DNA of 64,000 bases, taken from assembly GCA_013239625.1 (NCBI GenBank), contig MU054400.1, forward strand, positions 45,146-109,145, read 5' to 3'. This document shows, piece by piece, positions 38,968 through 50,645 of this stretch. Both the position numbers and the translations under genes were made by a program. The stretch is from Lama guanicoe (taxonomy: Eukaryota). Position 1 is the first letter of the stretch, and every line of letters starts with the position of its first letter. A model generated the notes under the pieces. The model did no database searches. It was not told the DNA's origin and saw only the letters and a list, made by a program, of their open reading frames with translations.

Positions 38968-41940
38968 GTGAGTATCGTGAAAAGACATCCCAGCAGGCAG
39001 CTGCCCTTCTGAACCAGGAGGGAAGCTGGGAGAAGGACTAGAAATAAATTCCTCTGCTTTACTTTCTAAGATGCTGTGGAAGAGCAAAGCAAGCTCAGAA
39101 AAGCATAGTGTTCATTCATCTCCTGCCTCTTGGTAGACCTGGACTGACTTCACTCACTGAAGGGTAATCAAGAGTTGAACAGGTTCCCTTAGACATTTAT
39201 ATCCTGAGATCCGTGGCTCTTTGGGGGTGTAGACAGAACACTTGAGAGGAGGGTCCTGAAGTCTATGAGATTATATCCAAAAGTGTGTAGTATGTTATGC
39301 CTTTTTTTTAATGGGGAAAAGTTTCATGGTTTTCATAACATTCTCAGAGGTTGAACACCCGAAGTTTATTTGTTCACACTGTCCCAGGTAAACGTGAGGA
39401 ATAAGCCAGGGCTACTGCTACACACTGTCTGTCAGGTTCACAGAAGGGAAAAAGTAAGGAGTCTGAGCTTTGGATAAACTTGGGGAATGCACTTTTTACA
39501 ACTCCTTTTCACTGCCTGTGAAAATCTGCTTACAGGCCCTAGAGAAAAGGAAGCCCTCTGTGTATGCAGACGGCTCTTTAGAGCCTTCAAGCCATTTCCC
39601 AGCTTGACCTGCTTGAGGAGTCCCCGGGTGAGGGTAGGGTGGGCAGGGAGGGGGGAGCTACGGGAAACAGAGAGCTTTTACCTTTCCAGCATTTGCTTGC
39701 CCTGAAAACAGGGAAAATGCCTGCTGCCTGGCTTAAATCCTCAGGGAAGGGTAACAGGTTAGATGGTATTTAAAATAACGTATGGCTCGAGCAAATTAAT
39801 GCACTTGGGAGACACTAAATAAGCTGATATCCACAAATACTGTAAAAAATATGGCTGCCTGGCAGGCAGCCCTCCAGATGCCCAGGCTCTGAAAACATCT
39901 TTGACATCACACCTATTTTGGTTTTTTTAGTCAAACATTTTGCAGGTGGAAAAAAATGATGTCCTCTGATTAGCTGATAATATATCAAAGGCCTGGCTTT
40001 TCTAGAAACTGCTGAAGAAAAGCTAAGAAATTAAAGAAAGAAAGGAATTTAGAAGGGAGCTGGGTGCTGATAGTAGCCATGAGAGCGGGGCCATCGGTGG
40101 GGATGGTGAGACCTGGGGGGTAAGAAGAGACCTGGCGCCCAGGGCTTTCTCGAGTCTGGCTGGGCTGCACATCCTGTACGTGTCTGCCAGGAGACCAAAG
40201 AAAGGGCCCAGGTACAGCGACAGTCACCAGTGGTTTACTAGAGGGGGAATCTTCCACATCTGAAGCAAGGTCCTGGAGTGACACCCCACCTTGTGCGGCA
40301 AAGGGCAGGCAGGACGCAGAAGCAGTCTTCGCTACCGGGGGAGGAGAAGGCTACCAATAAATGACATCAAGTTGGCTTATCAGCTACCAGGGAGGCCTGG
40401 GCACATCTGCCCAGCCCCTCATGTTAATAACCATCACGACAGCAGATGTTTCCCTTTAAAAAACAAGCAGGTGGAGCCTCTCTGGCCTAAGGGGCAGCGG
40501 CAAGCACGCGCATGTGGGCCAGGTGTCGAGGAAGAAGGGACTGGTGGAGCAGGGGATGTACAAAGAGCAGGAGAACAGCCTTGAGTGGCCTGACCACACA
40601 GGTCTAGATGTCTCTAGAGAAGCGCTGTCTGTCCAGACAGCCGTGTACACTGCACTGTGCAGCCACCCAGCCCCAGCCACTCAGCAATCCCGGGCTGTCC
40701 TCACGCAGAGCAGGATGGACAGCTGTGATCTGCAGCGCCGCACAGCCCTCTACACAGAGCTCGCGACGTGAAGAATATGTTTACCAAGATCGCCGCATCC
40801 CCCCAAAATAAATACACAATATATATTTACGTAAATCCATGTAAAATATCTACTGTCCTAAAGAATCTGCCCTTCCTCTATAAATATGTTCTAAAATTTG
40901 GAAACACTTTGGAGTTTTAAAAAATACCTATGGCTGGATCTCATCCCCAAAGATTCTGGTTTAGTTGGTAAGGAGAAAAATGTGGACATCTGGATTTTAA
41001 AAGCCTCCCCCTAGTGATTTTAATGTCCAGCAGTTTGAGAAGCTCTATAGCTTCTCATAACTCACAAGACTCACTATCGTTCTCCCACCCATGATCCCTG
41101 CGAGAGATTCTGACACAGTGGATCTGGGGTAGTACCCAAGAATCTACATTTTTAACAAGCTTCCTAAGTGACCCTGATTCAGGGGATCTTAAAAGTTACC
41201 CTAGATATTAAAGAGACCTCTTAGGGGTATCTTAATACTACATTACAGTTAACAAATACTTGAGGATGAGGTGTTCTAGTTAATAGAGTATCCTGGTTTA
41301 TTGATTGATCATTGCTGTATATTGCCAGTTACAGATTACCAATAAAGTGTACTTAACAGGAAGCTTTATATCAAGATTATATTCAATGCAATTTGATCCT
41401 TGAAACAGGAAGTGTAACAGCAGCATACAGTAGGTATCAACCTTCTCTGCAGTGTCTTCTGAAATGGTCTTGATTAAATCTTCTGTGTCTGCTGGTGCAG
41501 CTACAATAATAGCAAAATTCAAGGGGAAAAAATGAATTTTATTTATGTTGCTTTGTGGTGTAGTTTCCAGATACATGGGAGTTTGCTAAGAAATGTTGGA
41601 CCACAAAGTGGCTAAGTGTGTGGTTAGACTGCATGGGTTCAAATACGGGATAGATCGCTGACCACGGGGGTAAAGGAGGACAATAATGGCGTGTACCTGC
41701 AGGGCTGGTGGAGGGTGAAGGAGAGAATTCGTTTCAGTGCCTACATGCTGCCTGTACCTTGTAGTCAATCAGTAAAGCCCAGCTACTGTGTTATTTATAA
41801 CTAGAGGGTAACATTTAATGTAAATGATTAACTGGTACTTAACAGAATTTAAGTGTGAGAAGAGTTTAACTTCAGCCTTTTGTAAAGTGATTGTATACCT
41901 AAAGAAAAACTGTGTCCAAGCTACTCTTTTGGCTCATCAG

Positions 41941-42126
41941 GGAATCAAAGCTGTCCTGGCTGAGAGTTACGAGCGCATTCACCGAAGTAACTTGGTCGGG
42001 ATGGGGGTGATCCCCCTCGAATATCTCCCTGGGGAGAATGCAGACGCCCTGGGACTCACGGGGCGGGAACGATACACTATCAGCATTCCAGAAACCCTCA
42101 AACCACGAATGAAAGTCCAGGTCAAG
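41941..42126 (+). CDS. ACO1: ACO1 exon 20
   Basis: tcag|[22 protein letters not shown]...PRMKVQVK|gtaagt; 186 nt. Confidence 0.96.
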
Positions 42127-42479
42127 GTAAGTTGGCACATTTCCATGTCGAGCCCAGCTTATAAAGCATCCCTGTGTTTGTCATCAATCTTGTTAGAAGA
42201 AAATCAGTGGGATTTGGAAAGGAAAAAAATCTTTCAATAGAAATGCATTAGACTTAGGAGTTCTCCTAGCACTTTCCTACCAGCCTTCACAACGTAGTGT
42301 ATGTGACACCTGTTAGTGACACCTGTGACACCTCTGCTGACTGCGGACACAAATCCTCCGGCAGCCCTCGGGAAAGCTTTAGAAAATAGCATCCCAAACG
42401 TCACCAGCGGCTGCCGCCCTGAGAGGCTAGTTCTAATTCTCAGGTGTCTCTCACTTATATCATTCATGCTCTGCAGCGC

Positions 42480-42970
42480 TTTACGGTAAAGATAAGTCCG
42501 CTAGGACGTGTTAAAATGCAACTTACGGCTCGGTGGGTCCAGGCCGGGGCAGCGTGCGCCTGTTCCGGGCGCGTGGACGCACCTTGAGGGCAGGCGGGGC
42601 AGGATGGCCTCCCTCCCCAGAGGGCGGGCGGGCGGGCTGGCGTCCACCCCAGCCACTCCTCTCTGCTGCTCTGTCCTTGCAGCTGGACACCGGCAAGACC
42701 TTCCAGGCCGTCATGAGGTTTGACACCGACGTGGAGCTCACATATTTCCACAACGGGGGCATCCTCAACTACATGATCCGCAAGATGGCCAAGTAGACCC
42801 CGCTTTCGTCGGCGACCGGCACTTCCGCCGCAGCCGGAAGGAGCGCAGCGCCCCCCGCCGGCGTGTCCCAAGCCAACGCCGCCCCGCCCCGCCCGGCCGC
42901 ACGAGGGCGCTGCCGTCCCAGGGTGGTCTGCGACACGGTTGCCTTCATCCGCGCACAGAATCAGCCGTTT
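42480..42970. promoter_or_regulatory. CpG-island-like GC-rich segment over the ACO1 last exon
   Basis: Dense CpGs and GC boxes (gggcgggcgggcggg; gccccgccccgccc) in an otherwise CpG-poor window. Confidence 0.7.
42683..42796 (+). CDS. ACO1: ACO1 exon 21, terminal coding part
   Basis: gcag|[40 protein letters not shown] at 42794-42796. Confidence 0.96.
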   Translation: MDTGKTFQAVMRFDTDVELTYFHNGGILNYMIRKMAK

Positions 42971-43630
42971 CTGTGTTCTCTATTTCTGTTCATCTTTTTA
43001 TCTTTTTCTAGCACTTGGAAGCTTAGAATGGTGGGGTTGTCAGTAATGCCAGAAAGAGCGAGTTGAGCCCTCCGTAAGGTTACTGATCACAGAATGTTGA
43101 TTTTTCACCCTTAGCCTGTTGACGTTCGGCTGAACACGAGTACGTCCCCTGCCCGTTTTGGGGCTCCGCTCTGTTACTTTCTGAGCAATGAAACCTTTCG
43201 CTTGAGAGCCATTGGCCTCTGCATCCTGTACCGGTGTTAACTGGACAGAGTAGAGGGGAACTGGTTCTCACTTCAAATCGCGTTGGTGATTGTGATCCCC
43301 CCGCCCCGCGTTTTCCTTCAGAGTGAATGATCCGGACACCTCGTGGACGGGTCAGACGTGGAAATTTTTTGATTATGTACCTTTTTTTAGATCAACACTA
43401 AAGAAATACGAAGGTTTCTTTTACAGTCTTCAAAAGTTTTCCCCAGAAAATGTTTCACGTATCAGAACTTTGGAAGTGATTTTGGAGAGAGATACAGAAC
43501 ATTTCTAATTTGAATAAGATTAAATCTATTTTCAAGGAAAACGTTTTGACTTTGGTATTAAATTCTACTCTGTGTGTGGCTATAGTTCGGGGATATTTAG
43601 AGCAGAGCAAATCTCAGACTTATATTCCTG

Positions 43631-43636
43631 AATAAA
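43631..43636 (+). terminator. Probable proximal ACO1 polyadenylation signal
   Basis: First AATAAA I found after the stop (~835 nt downstream); weaker ATTAAA variants lie just upstream. Confidence 0.6.
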
Positions 43637-45913
43637 AGTTACAAACAACCCTGTTTTCCAAAAAAAAAAAAAAAAAAAAACAAAGCATGTGGCCCTCAGA
43701 TTAAGCTCAGTCCTAGCATAAAAACTCTAGGGCGGCAAAGACCTCCACCCCTTAGCCCTCCATTACTCAGCATGGGAGCAGGCTGGCTCCCCCCATTCAG
43801 TGCTTATGGGGAAACAGATCCTTGTGGCTATGACTTCTGGAGTGGGATTTCTTCACTTCTGGACTCTCCTCCTTTACCGCCAAACACACCTTCTATCCTG
43901 TTCATGAATACACTGTCTCCGCCAGTGTCACATCCTTGCCCCAAGTAAGGCTGAACAAATAAACCTCTTTTACCTGGTTTCTCAAGAAGGTACTTGAGAG
44001 GTCTGCTTACTCCCCAGATAAGAAGTGTGCTACTCTTGCTGGCCTCAGCCCCTCCTTCCCTCTATGGGATTCCCATCTCCTTGGTTCTTACAGTTTTCCT
44101 GAATGCACTGGTGCCTGATCCCTCCTGGGGAATCAAGCATTCCTTGGTGTGCACAGTGAGTTAACTGAGGAACGTTTTTAATGCAGCAAATCAGCACATG
44201 TGTCTTTGGCAATGGGATGGCCTTCATGTAGGTGGAAGGATATATTAGTCATGACTTTCCTCCTTATGGTGTTAGAAGCACAACTCAAACTCCCTTAAGC
44301 AAAAAAAAAAAAAATTGGCTCATAGAACTTGAACAAGGGTGGCCATGGCCACAGGCTTCATTGGACCTTGTGACTCTAACTCAGGTCCCCTCCCTATCAT
44401 TTCCCCTCTCACCTTCCATCTGTAACAGGTCATTCTGCCCCAGGGAACATGGCCACTTGCAGTTGCAGGGTGACAGTTAATAATTTCTGACCTTAGAGAT
44501 TTGTCTCCCAGTATTCCCTAGGCTAAAAGCACTGGGAGTTTCTTAGTCACCTAAGTGAGGATTATTTCTGAGAGTCTCCCTTTCGGGGCTGTGATAGGAC
44601 AGTGTGGGGTGCCCCCCAGGGTTTTGTAGGAGCCGTATAGGGCTGCTTCCCAAAAGCAGCAACCGAAGTTCCACTCGCTGCTTCCTTTGGAAGCTGTTGA
44701 ATGTCAACCACGAACAGGATTTCACTCCTGAGTCGTTTCCACTCACCCAGACAGCCTAATTATCATGAACAGATTATATAATTCTAGCTGATATTTTTAA
44801 CAGTTTTAATAATTTGCATCCCCAAAACTAAGGTCTGCATATTTTGTTGAGCGAAATGCATAGTTTTCTTACATACTATAATAAAACAGTTACTGGTATG
44901 ATCCTAAGGTTAATACTCCAGTTTAGTTCTGATTGCCTGGCCAGCATCAGGGCTGGGTATCAGCTACTGTGCTTCACAGGATGTTACCACATCACATGAA
45001 TGAAAAGTTTCCAGGGTCTGTGTATTTGGGAACCACTGGGTTAAATGGGCCTTATTATGGCAGGACACACTCACCCTGGCAGTGTGTGCTGGAAATGCTC
45101 ATTTGAGGGGAGGGGGCAGCAGACGACACAGAAGCCAGTCTGCCCACAGAACGCTTTCTTCAAGCATCTCACAGCACTTGGGTTTCACAGGACACACTTG
45201 AGGGAACAATGACCTGCTGGTTTGTTTGTTTTTTTAATTCAAATAATAATGTCAGTTTTAAGAGTGGGAATCAGTTTCCTGGCCTTATGGCACAATCGGG
45301 CGTTTGACTAAAGGTGACTTATTTTTCGTTTCGGGTGAAAATATCACAATGTCAGCTTTGGCGGGGACCACGGCGATGACACGATCCGAGTGGTTGTGTC
45401 AGATTACATCTGAACCGCCTGAGGAACTTTGAAAACTACACTACCCTAGACACCCTGCCAGGATGTTCTAAGAGGGCTCAGCGTGTGCCCATGAAAAAAA
45501 AGACTTCCCAGTTGGTTCTGAAATGCAGCCTTTGATCTAAAAATCCAACGGCCAGCATTTGGGCATCAGCCAACAGTGTGCAATTCTTAAACCGCAATCC
45601 TACCAACTGGTTTCTTTCATTCAATAAATATTAACCAAATGCGTACTCTGTTCTACCTCTATGCCTGCCATGGCTTGACCCCAAGCTAAAGTCAAACAAG
45701 GGAGTTCTGCTTTTCTTGTTTCAGCTTTAGTCTGCATTCTTCTGTTGGCTGTCGCAAACGGAGGACTCTTCACCTTCATCCAAACTGAATTATTTAGATA
45801 CTTGAAAGAACTTTTCTCAAATAGATTTCCAGTAGATGTTTTATACATCCTATTGGAGTTCTTAAATAACAACATCTAAAAAGGGCAATCATGTATAAAG
45901 AGACACTTGTTAG

Positions 45914-46660
45914 AGTGGGATTTATAATTAGAAATATATATTTGGTCTTTGTCCCTCTTTTCTGGCAGAGCTCCTAAAACCCTGGAAATTTCCTGAGTGA
46001 TGAGAGCCATAAAGGTGTCTCTTGTTATGTTAATGGCTGACTTTCGGACCGCGCCTAGGGATGGGGGCTGGTTACCAGGAGAATCAACCACGTGACCAGA
46101 GGGTTAGCACTTTCAGTCCCACCCCCTGACCTCTGGGGAGGGGAAAGGAGCTGGAGGTTGAGCCAACTGTCAATGGCTTAATCAATCATGCTTACATAAT
46201 GATGCCTCCAATAAAACTCAAAGGACAAGTTTCAAAGAGCTTCCAGGCTGGTGAACTCAAAGAGATTTAAAGACAGAAACTCTGAGCCCTTTCCCCATAA
46301 CTTACCCTGTGCATCTCTTCCATCTGGCTGCTCCTGAGTTATATCCTTTCATAATAAACAGGCGATCTAGTAAGTAAAATGTTTCTCTGAGTTCTGTGAG
46401 CCTCTCTAAAAGCCCAAGGAGGAAGCTGTTGGAACCTCCCATCTGCAGTCAATTGCTCAGAAGCACAGGTAATAACAATTTGACATCTCAAGCAGGGAAG
46501 GGGTGGGGCAGTCTCGTAGGACGGAGCCCTTAACATGTAGGGATCTGACGCCATCTCCAGGCAGACAGTGGCAGAACTGAGTTGAACTGTAGGACATGCA
46601 GTTGATAAATTCCTTGGTGGCAGGATAAAAAGCCAACATTAAAGTTGCTGACTAAAACCT
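45914..46660 (+). mobile_element. Solo LTR, MER21-like (ERVL), between the ACO1 and DDX58 3' ends
   Basis: gagctcctaaaaccctggaaatttcctgagtgat...ccctgtgcatctcttccatctggct...cataataaac. Confidence 0.7.
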
Positions 46661-46730
46661 TAATATGCTAATAAAATATAAATTGAAAATGAATAAAAAT
46701 CAGCAAGCAAGTTGGCTTACATAATCCATT

Positions 46731-46736
46731 TTTATT
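46731..46736 (-). terminator. Candidate DDX58 polyadenylation signal
   Basis: TTTATT on + (AATAAA on -), ~1.7 kb past the stop codon. Confidence 0.5.
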
Positions 46737-46834
46737 GTCTTACTTAAGAATACTCCCACTAGTAACCATTATCAAGTAACCAATATATATCAAGTACTTC
46801 TATGTAATGTCAGTTAAAAATTCTCCACTAACCC

Positions 46835-46923
46835 TTACAGGTATGTATTATCCTTGTTTTACAGGTAAAGAAAACTAAGTTACAGGTATGTATTATCCTT
46901 TTTTACAGATAAAGAAAACTAAG
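46835..46923. repeat. Tandem duplication, 45 + 44 bp, within a MIR-like segment
   Basis: ttacaggtatgtattatcctt(g)ttttacag(g/a)taaagaaaactaag occurs twice. Confidence 0.85.
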
Positions 46924-48027
46924 TCAATGAGAAGTTATGTAACTGGCAGGTTCTCCGATTCTCAGCGTGCACACCCGCTCATCAGATGGAGAGGAGAATG
47001 AGGTGGCTGTAGTGTCACCCCACTGAGCTCTAGGATTGGTCTGGGTGGACTGGGTGGTCTCTTGGACACCAAACAGCCTTCAGATGTAAATAAGTGCTAT
47101 TTTAAAAGAGTCATGCGATCACATATGCTGAGCATATTAACATCTTAATGACATTTGGAGGTTTGTTTAAGCCATAGACGGTCCTAGTGAATCACAAACA
47201 GCTCATCTGAATCTGTTTGGGGAAGATGCTTAAATTACTATAGTGCCGACCCTGAACTGGACATAAGACACCCCAGTCTGGATGGAGACAGCAAAACTCA
47301 AGTAGTTGTCTCTAAGTCTGGGAAACCCCAAAGGAAGCTCTGTGGTGTCAGCAAACCTTGTTAAATGACACAGGAATGCCATTTGGATACATATTCTAAT
47401 TTTTTAAATAGAAAGGACAGCCAAATTAAACTGCCCCATCATACCAACCAAGAGACCTCCCTGAGAGCAGAGTCCAGATGCGGACCAAATGTTAAGGCCA
47501 CATGATCAACTATTACTGGAAAGTGTCTGGGGATGACCATTCAAATGGAACAGCCGCACAGGTTAAGAAAACAAATTACTCCAGCAAGAGGTACAATAAA
47601 CTAAAAGAAGAGAAGTCAGCTTTAAGGAGTGCTGTATCATTTACGTGCTTACAGTACTAAACGTTGTCCACTATAGAATTCTGAGATTAGACGCCACACG
47701 TTACTACCTGGAGAACATGCGTATATGTGACTACGATGCCTATGTATGTGTACATACGTTGAACCTCTGGAATTACCAACATGTAAGGGATCAGCAAGGA
47801 GGAGCCAACAGAAAAGACTGGGATACAGCTAGAAGATACAGGCCGAGAGGGAGTCCCAAGAAAGGAGTACTCAACAGGGCCAAAAGGAGCACAGAGGTCG
47901 GCGAAGGACTAAGTATCCACTGGATTTAGCAACCAGAGCCACTGGTGACCTTGACAAGAACAATTTCAGTAGATTGTTATGGGCAAGAGCCAGCTCACAG
48001 TAGATGAAGGAAAGAAAGGGAAGCAAT

Positions 48028-48065
48028 GCTGTGATGGCCGAGTGGTTAAGGCTTTGGACTCGAAA
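48028..48065 (+). pseudogene. Tailless retropseudogene: 5' half of tRNA-Ser(CGA)
   Basis: GCTGTGATGGCCGAGTGGTTAAGGCtTTGGACTCGAAA matches nt 1-38 of mammalian tRNA-Ser-CGA (as remembered) with one mismatch. Flanked by a 17-bp direct repeat GAAAGAAAGGGAAGCAA (48010-48026, 48062-48078). Confidence 0.88.
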
Positions 48066-48409
48066 GAAAGGGAAGCAAGGAAAACCTTCCAACATTCCAT
48101 GCCCTCATCCATGTATTCTAGTGTGTGCTGAGTGGTCATGGGTGTACGCTGGCAGGGAAGGGAAGGGAAGGAGAGAAACACGTTAAGGCTTTTTTGTTTT
48201 TCCCAAGTGCTGGGAGCGCTGCTGGCCTACAGAGCATTTAGTGTTGTGATCCATTGACCCATGCTTTACATAATGATAGCGTGCAAACTGCTGAAAACAA
48301 CAGCAGTTACGTACGTGATAGACACTCAGGACGGAACAAGCCTTTAGGCAAGAGATCTTGACAGTGGTCCAGGTGAGCCATGATTTACCTGCTGGGTCTA
48401 GTTTCTTCT

Positions 48410-48748
48410 TTACTCCAGATCACCCATTCCCTGAAGACTGAGGTCCTGAGCACATCTGGACATTTCTGCAGCATCAAACGGTATCTTCTCAAAATGAAAG
48501 TCCCTCCACCTTGCATAGAGTGTCTGAACTCCTGTTTCAACATCCTCCACCACAAAACTTTCAATTTTTATAACTGGAATCTCAAATGCCCTATACCTCA
48601 CATGGATTCCCCAGTCATGGCTACAGTTCGGCCTGGCACAGAATATTTTTGCTTTCTTCTCAAAACTCCCATAGTTCTTCGGTCTGGGGTGTAACTTACT
48701 CACAAAGCGCTCCCTGAAAGCATCTCCAATCACGGTGAAATGGCATGC
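48410..48748 (-). CDS. DDX58: RIG-I terminal exon (C-terminal 5'-ppp RNA-binding domain)
   Basis: tag|[15 protein letters not shown]...[14 protein letters not shown]...IPVIKIESF...[23 protein letters not shown]; 339 nt. Confidence 0.96.
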   Translation of the reverse strand, partial: ACHFTVIGDAFRERFVSKLHPRPKNYGSFEKKAKIFCARPNCSHDWGIHVRYRAFEIPVIKIESFVVEDVETGVQTLYARWRDFHFEKIPFDAAEMSRCAQDLSLQGMGDLE

Positions 48749-50501
48749 CTACAAAAGAAGGGATCGAATGGCATACAAAACAGAAAGTTAGGACCAGAAC
48801 ATAATTGTGATTAAAAAAAAAAAAACAGAGAAAACTCCACCGTCATCTGAGATGACAAGAAGGTGGGATTCCACTTATTTTACAGACAGAGCAAGCAGGA
48901 AACGCAGATTCACCCCAAGGGCAGACCGGACTCATGCAGCCTGCCTCCCAGTGTCACGGGTGGAGGTGCAAGTCAGGTGATGGGGGACTAAGTCCACCTC
49001 ATGAAGAGGAAGACTAAGAAGTTTCCAGGAGGCCTGGCTCCTGAAAATAGATACGCTCTATTAATTCAGAGACAAAGGGATATTTGTCGAAGCTCTGTGA
49101 AGCCTGAGCTCACCAGTGGCCCTGACAGGAATAATCGAAAGGATACAGAGAAGAACAGCAAGGGGTCAGTGTGTATCTGAAGAGGGTCGGGGGCTAATGT
49201 GTCCACTGGCCCCGCCCACGGTCAGTGTTAGAATAAACCTGAAAAAAGGTCACAATGCACAGAACCAATGCAAATCCTACATACCAGTCCCTCAGGAAAG
49301 CATAATTGAAAAGGGTCATTTCAACAGAAAATCACCCAAATTGGAGCTGAATGGATACTTTGCAGCTAAAGAAAAAGACTCAGAAAGGTATGGGAACTTG
49401 CCAGTCTCACCCCTAATATGCTTCTTGCTCAAACATCGGACTGATGAGAGACTTCTGAAGACCAAACAGAAGCCTAAAGTCATAACTCATCATCTGGACA
49501 GGCCCAGGCACCCCACCCTCCCCAATCAGCAGCAACAGAGTTACATTCAATTTTTTGTCTTTGGAGATTTTTCAAAACCTTTTTCTGAAAGTGTTAAGAA
49601 AAAAAAAAAAAAAAAAAAACAGAGGGAAAGCAGACCTGCAGATGTCATGCTTTTAAAATAAGGAGATTTTGCTTCTATTGTAAAAGTGACCCCTGTTCCC
49701 CAAAAGAAAGTTTAGAAAACATAAAATAGTAAAGAGAGAGAAAAAAATCATGGAGTCTCATTGTAAAATATTAACACATTCTAGTACATTTCCTGTAGCC
49801 TTTTTTTGTACAAAGGTAAGTGTTTTTGCTGGTGGTGGTGACGGTGGCGTTGCTTCTATGATTTCACACTGCTATAATCATAGCACATTTACTGTTTTGT
49901 ATCCTGGTTATTTTTTTCTACTTTACTATTAGCTTGTAAGAAGTTTTTCATTATACTACAGAAGCTTCCTAATCATTTTGTTTAGTAAACCTTATTTTGG
50001 AGTCATGTTTACATTTACAGGTAAGTTGCAAAGATAGTCCAGAGAATTCCTGTATACCCTTCACCCGGGTTCAGCTTCCTTGAATGTGAACATCTTACAG
50101 AGATAGCACATTTGCCAAAACTAAAAAATTAATATCGGCACATTACTAGTAACTCAACTAGAGATTTTGCCACTCTTTCTAATAATATCCTTTATCTGTT
50201 CTAGGATCGAATCCAGGATACCGCGTTGCATTTAGCATAACCATTATCTGTAACGGCTACATAATCCTTAATTAAGTAGCGGCACAGCAATTTTTAAACC
50301 ATTTTTTAAAATTGTTGAACATTAAGGATTTCTTTTAAAATTTTTAGCCTTTTAAAAATGCATGGACCATGGCCATGACAACAACGGAAATAACAGAATT
50401 CTATTACTCTAAATATACTATAAATATCTCACTGATAGATAGTGAGCTTTAATTAGTGCTAAAAAAATGACCCAGTGCTCTTTGTTAAAAAGGATACTTA
50501 C

Positions 50502-50645
50502 CTCCACCACTCTTATATCAGCTGTATAACATGCAAAGGCTTTGCATTTTCTGCAGAGCAGTTTTTTATTTTTCTTATCAGGCACAGGCATTGCTTTTCC
50601 TTGATTATCCCTGATGAACTTTTCATGAATCTGTATCTGGTGAAT
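50502..50645 (-). CDS. DDX58: RIG-I exon ~17 (pincer end, CTD Zn ligands CxxC)
   Basis: tag|[48 protein letters not shown]|gtaagt; 144 nt. Confidence 0.95.

Noticed and set aside
39853..39871. Perfect inverted repeat ggctgcctg-g-caggcagcc
   Set aside because: A 9-bp arm palindrome is within chance expectation for 64 kb and has no supporting context.
46731..48409. Iron-responsive element in the DDX58 3' UTR (IRP1-RIG-I link)
   Set aside because: The CAGUG occurrences I inspected (near 47021, 47919, 47940) lack the 5-bp upper stem and C bulge. The search was by eye and not exhaustive.
49116..49661. 181-aa ORF on +
   Set aside because: It lies antisense in the last DDX58 intron, runs through an A homopolymer and shows no recognisable homology; a chance ORF.
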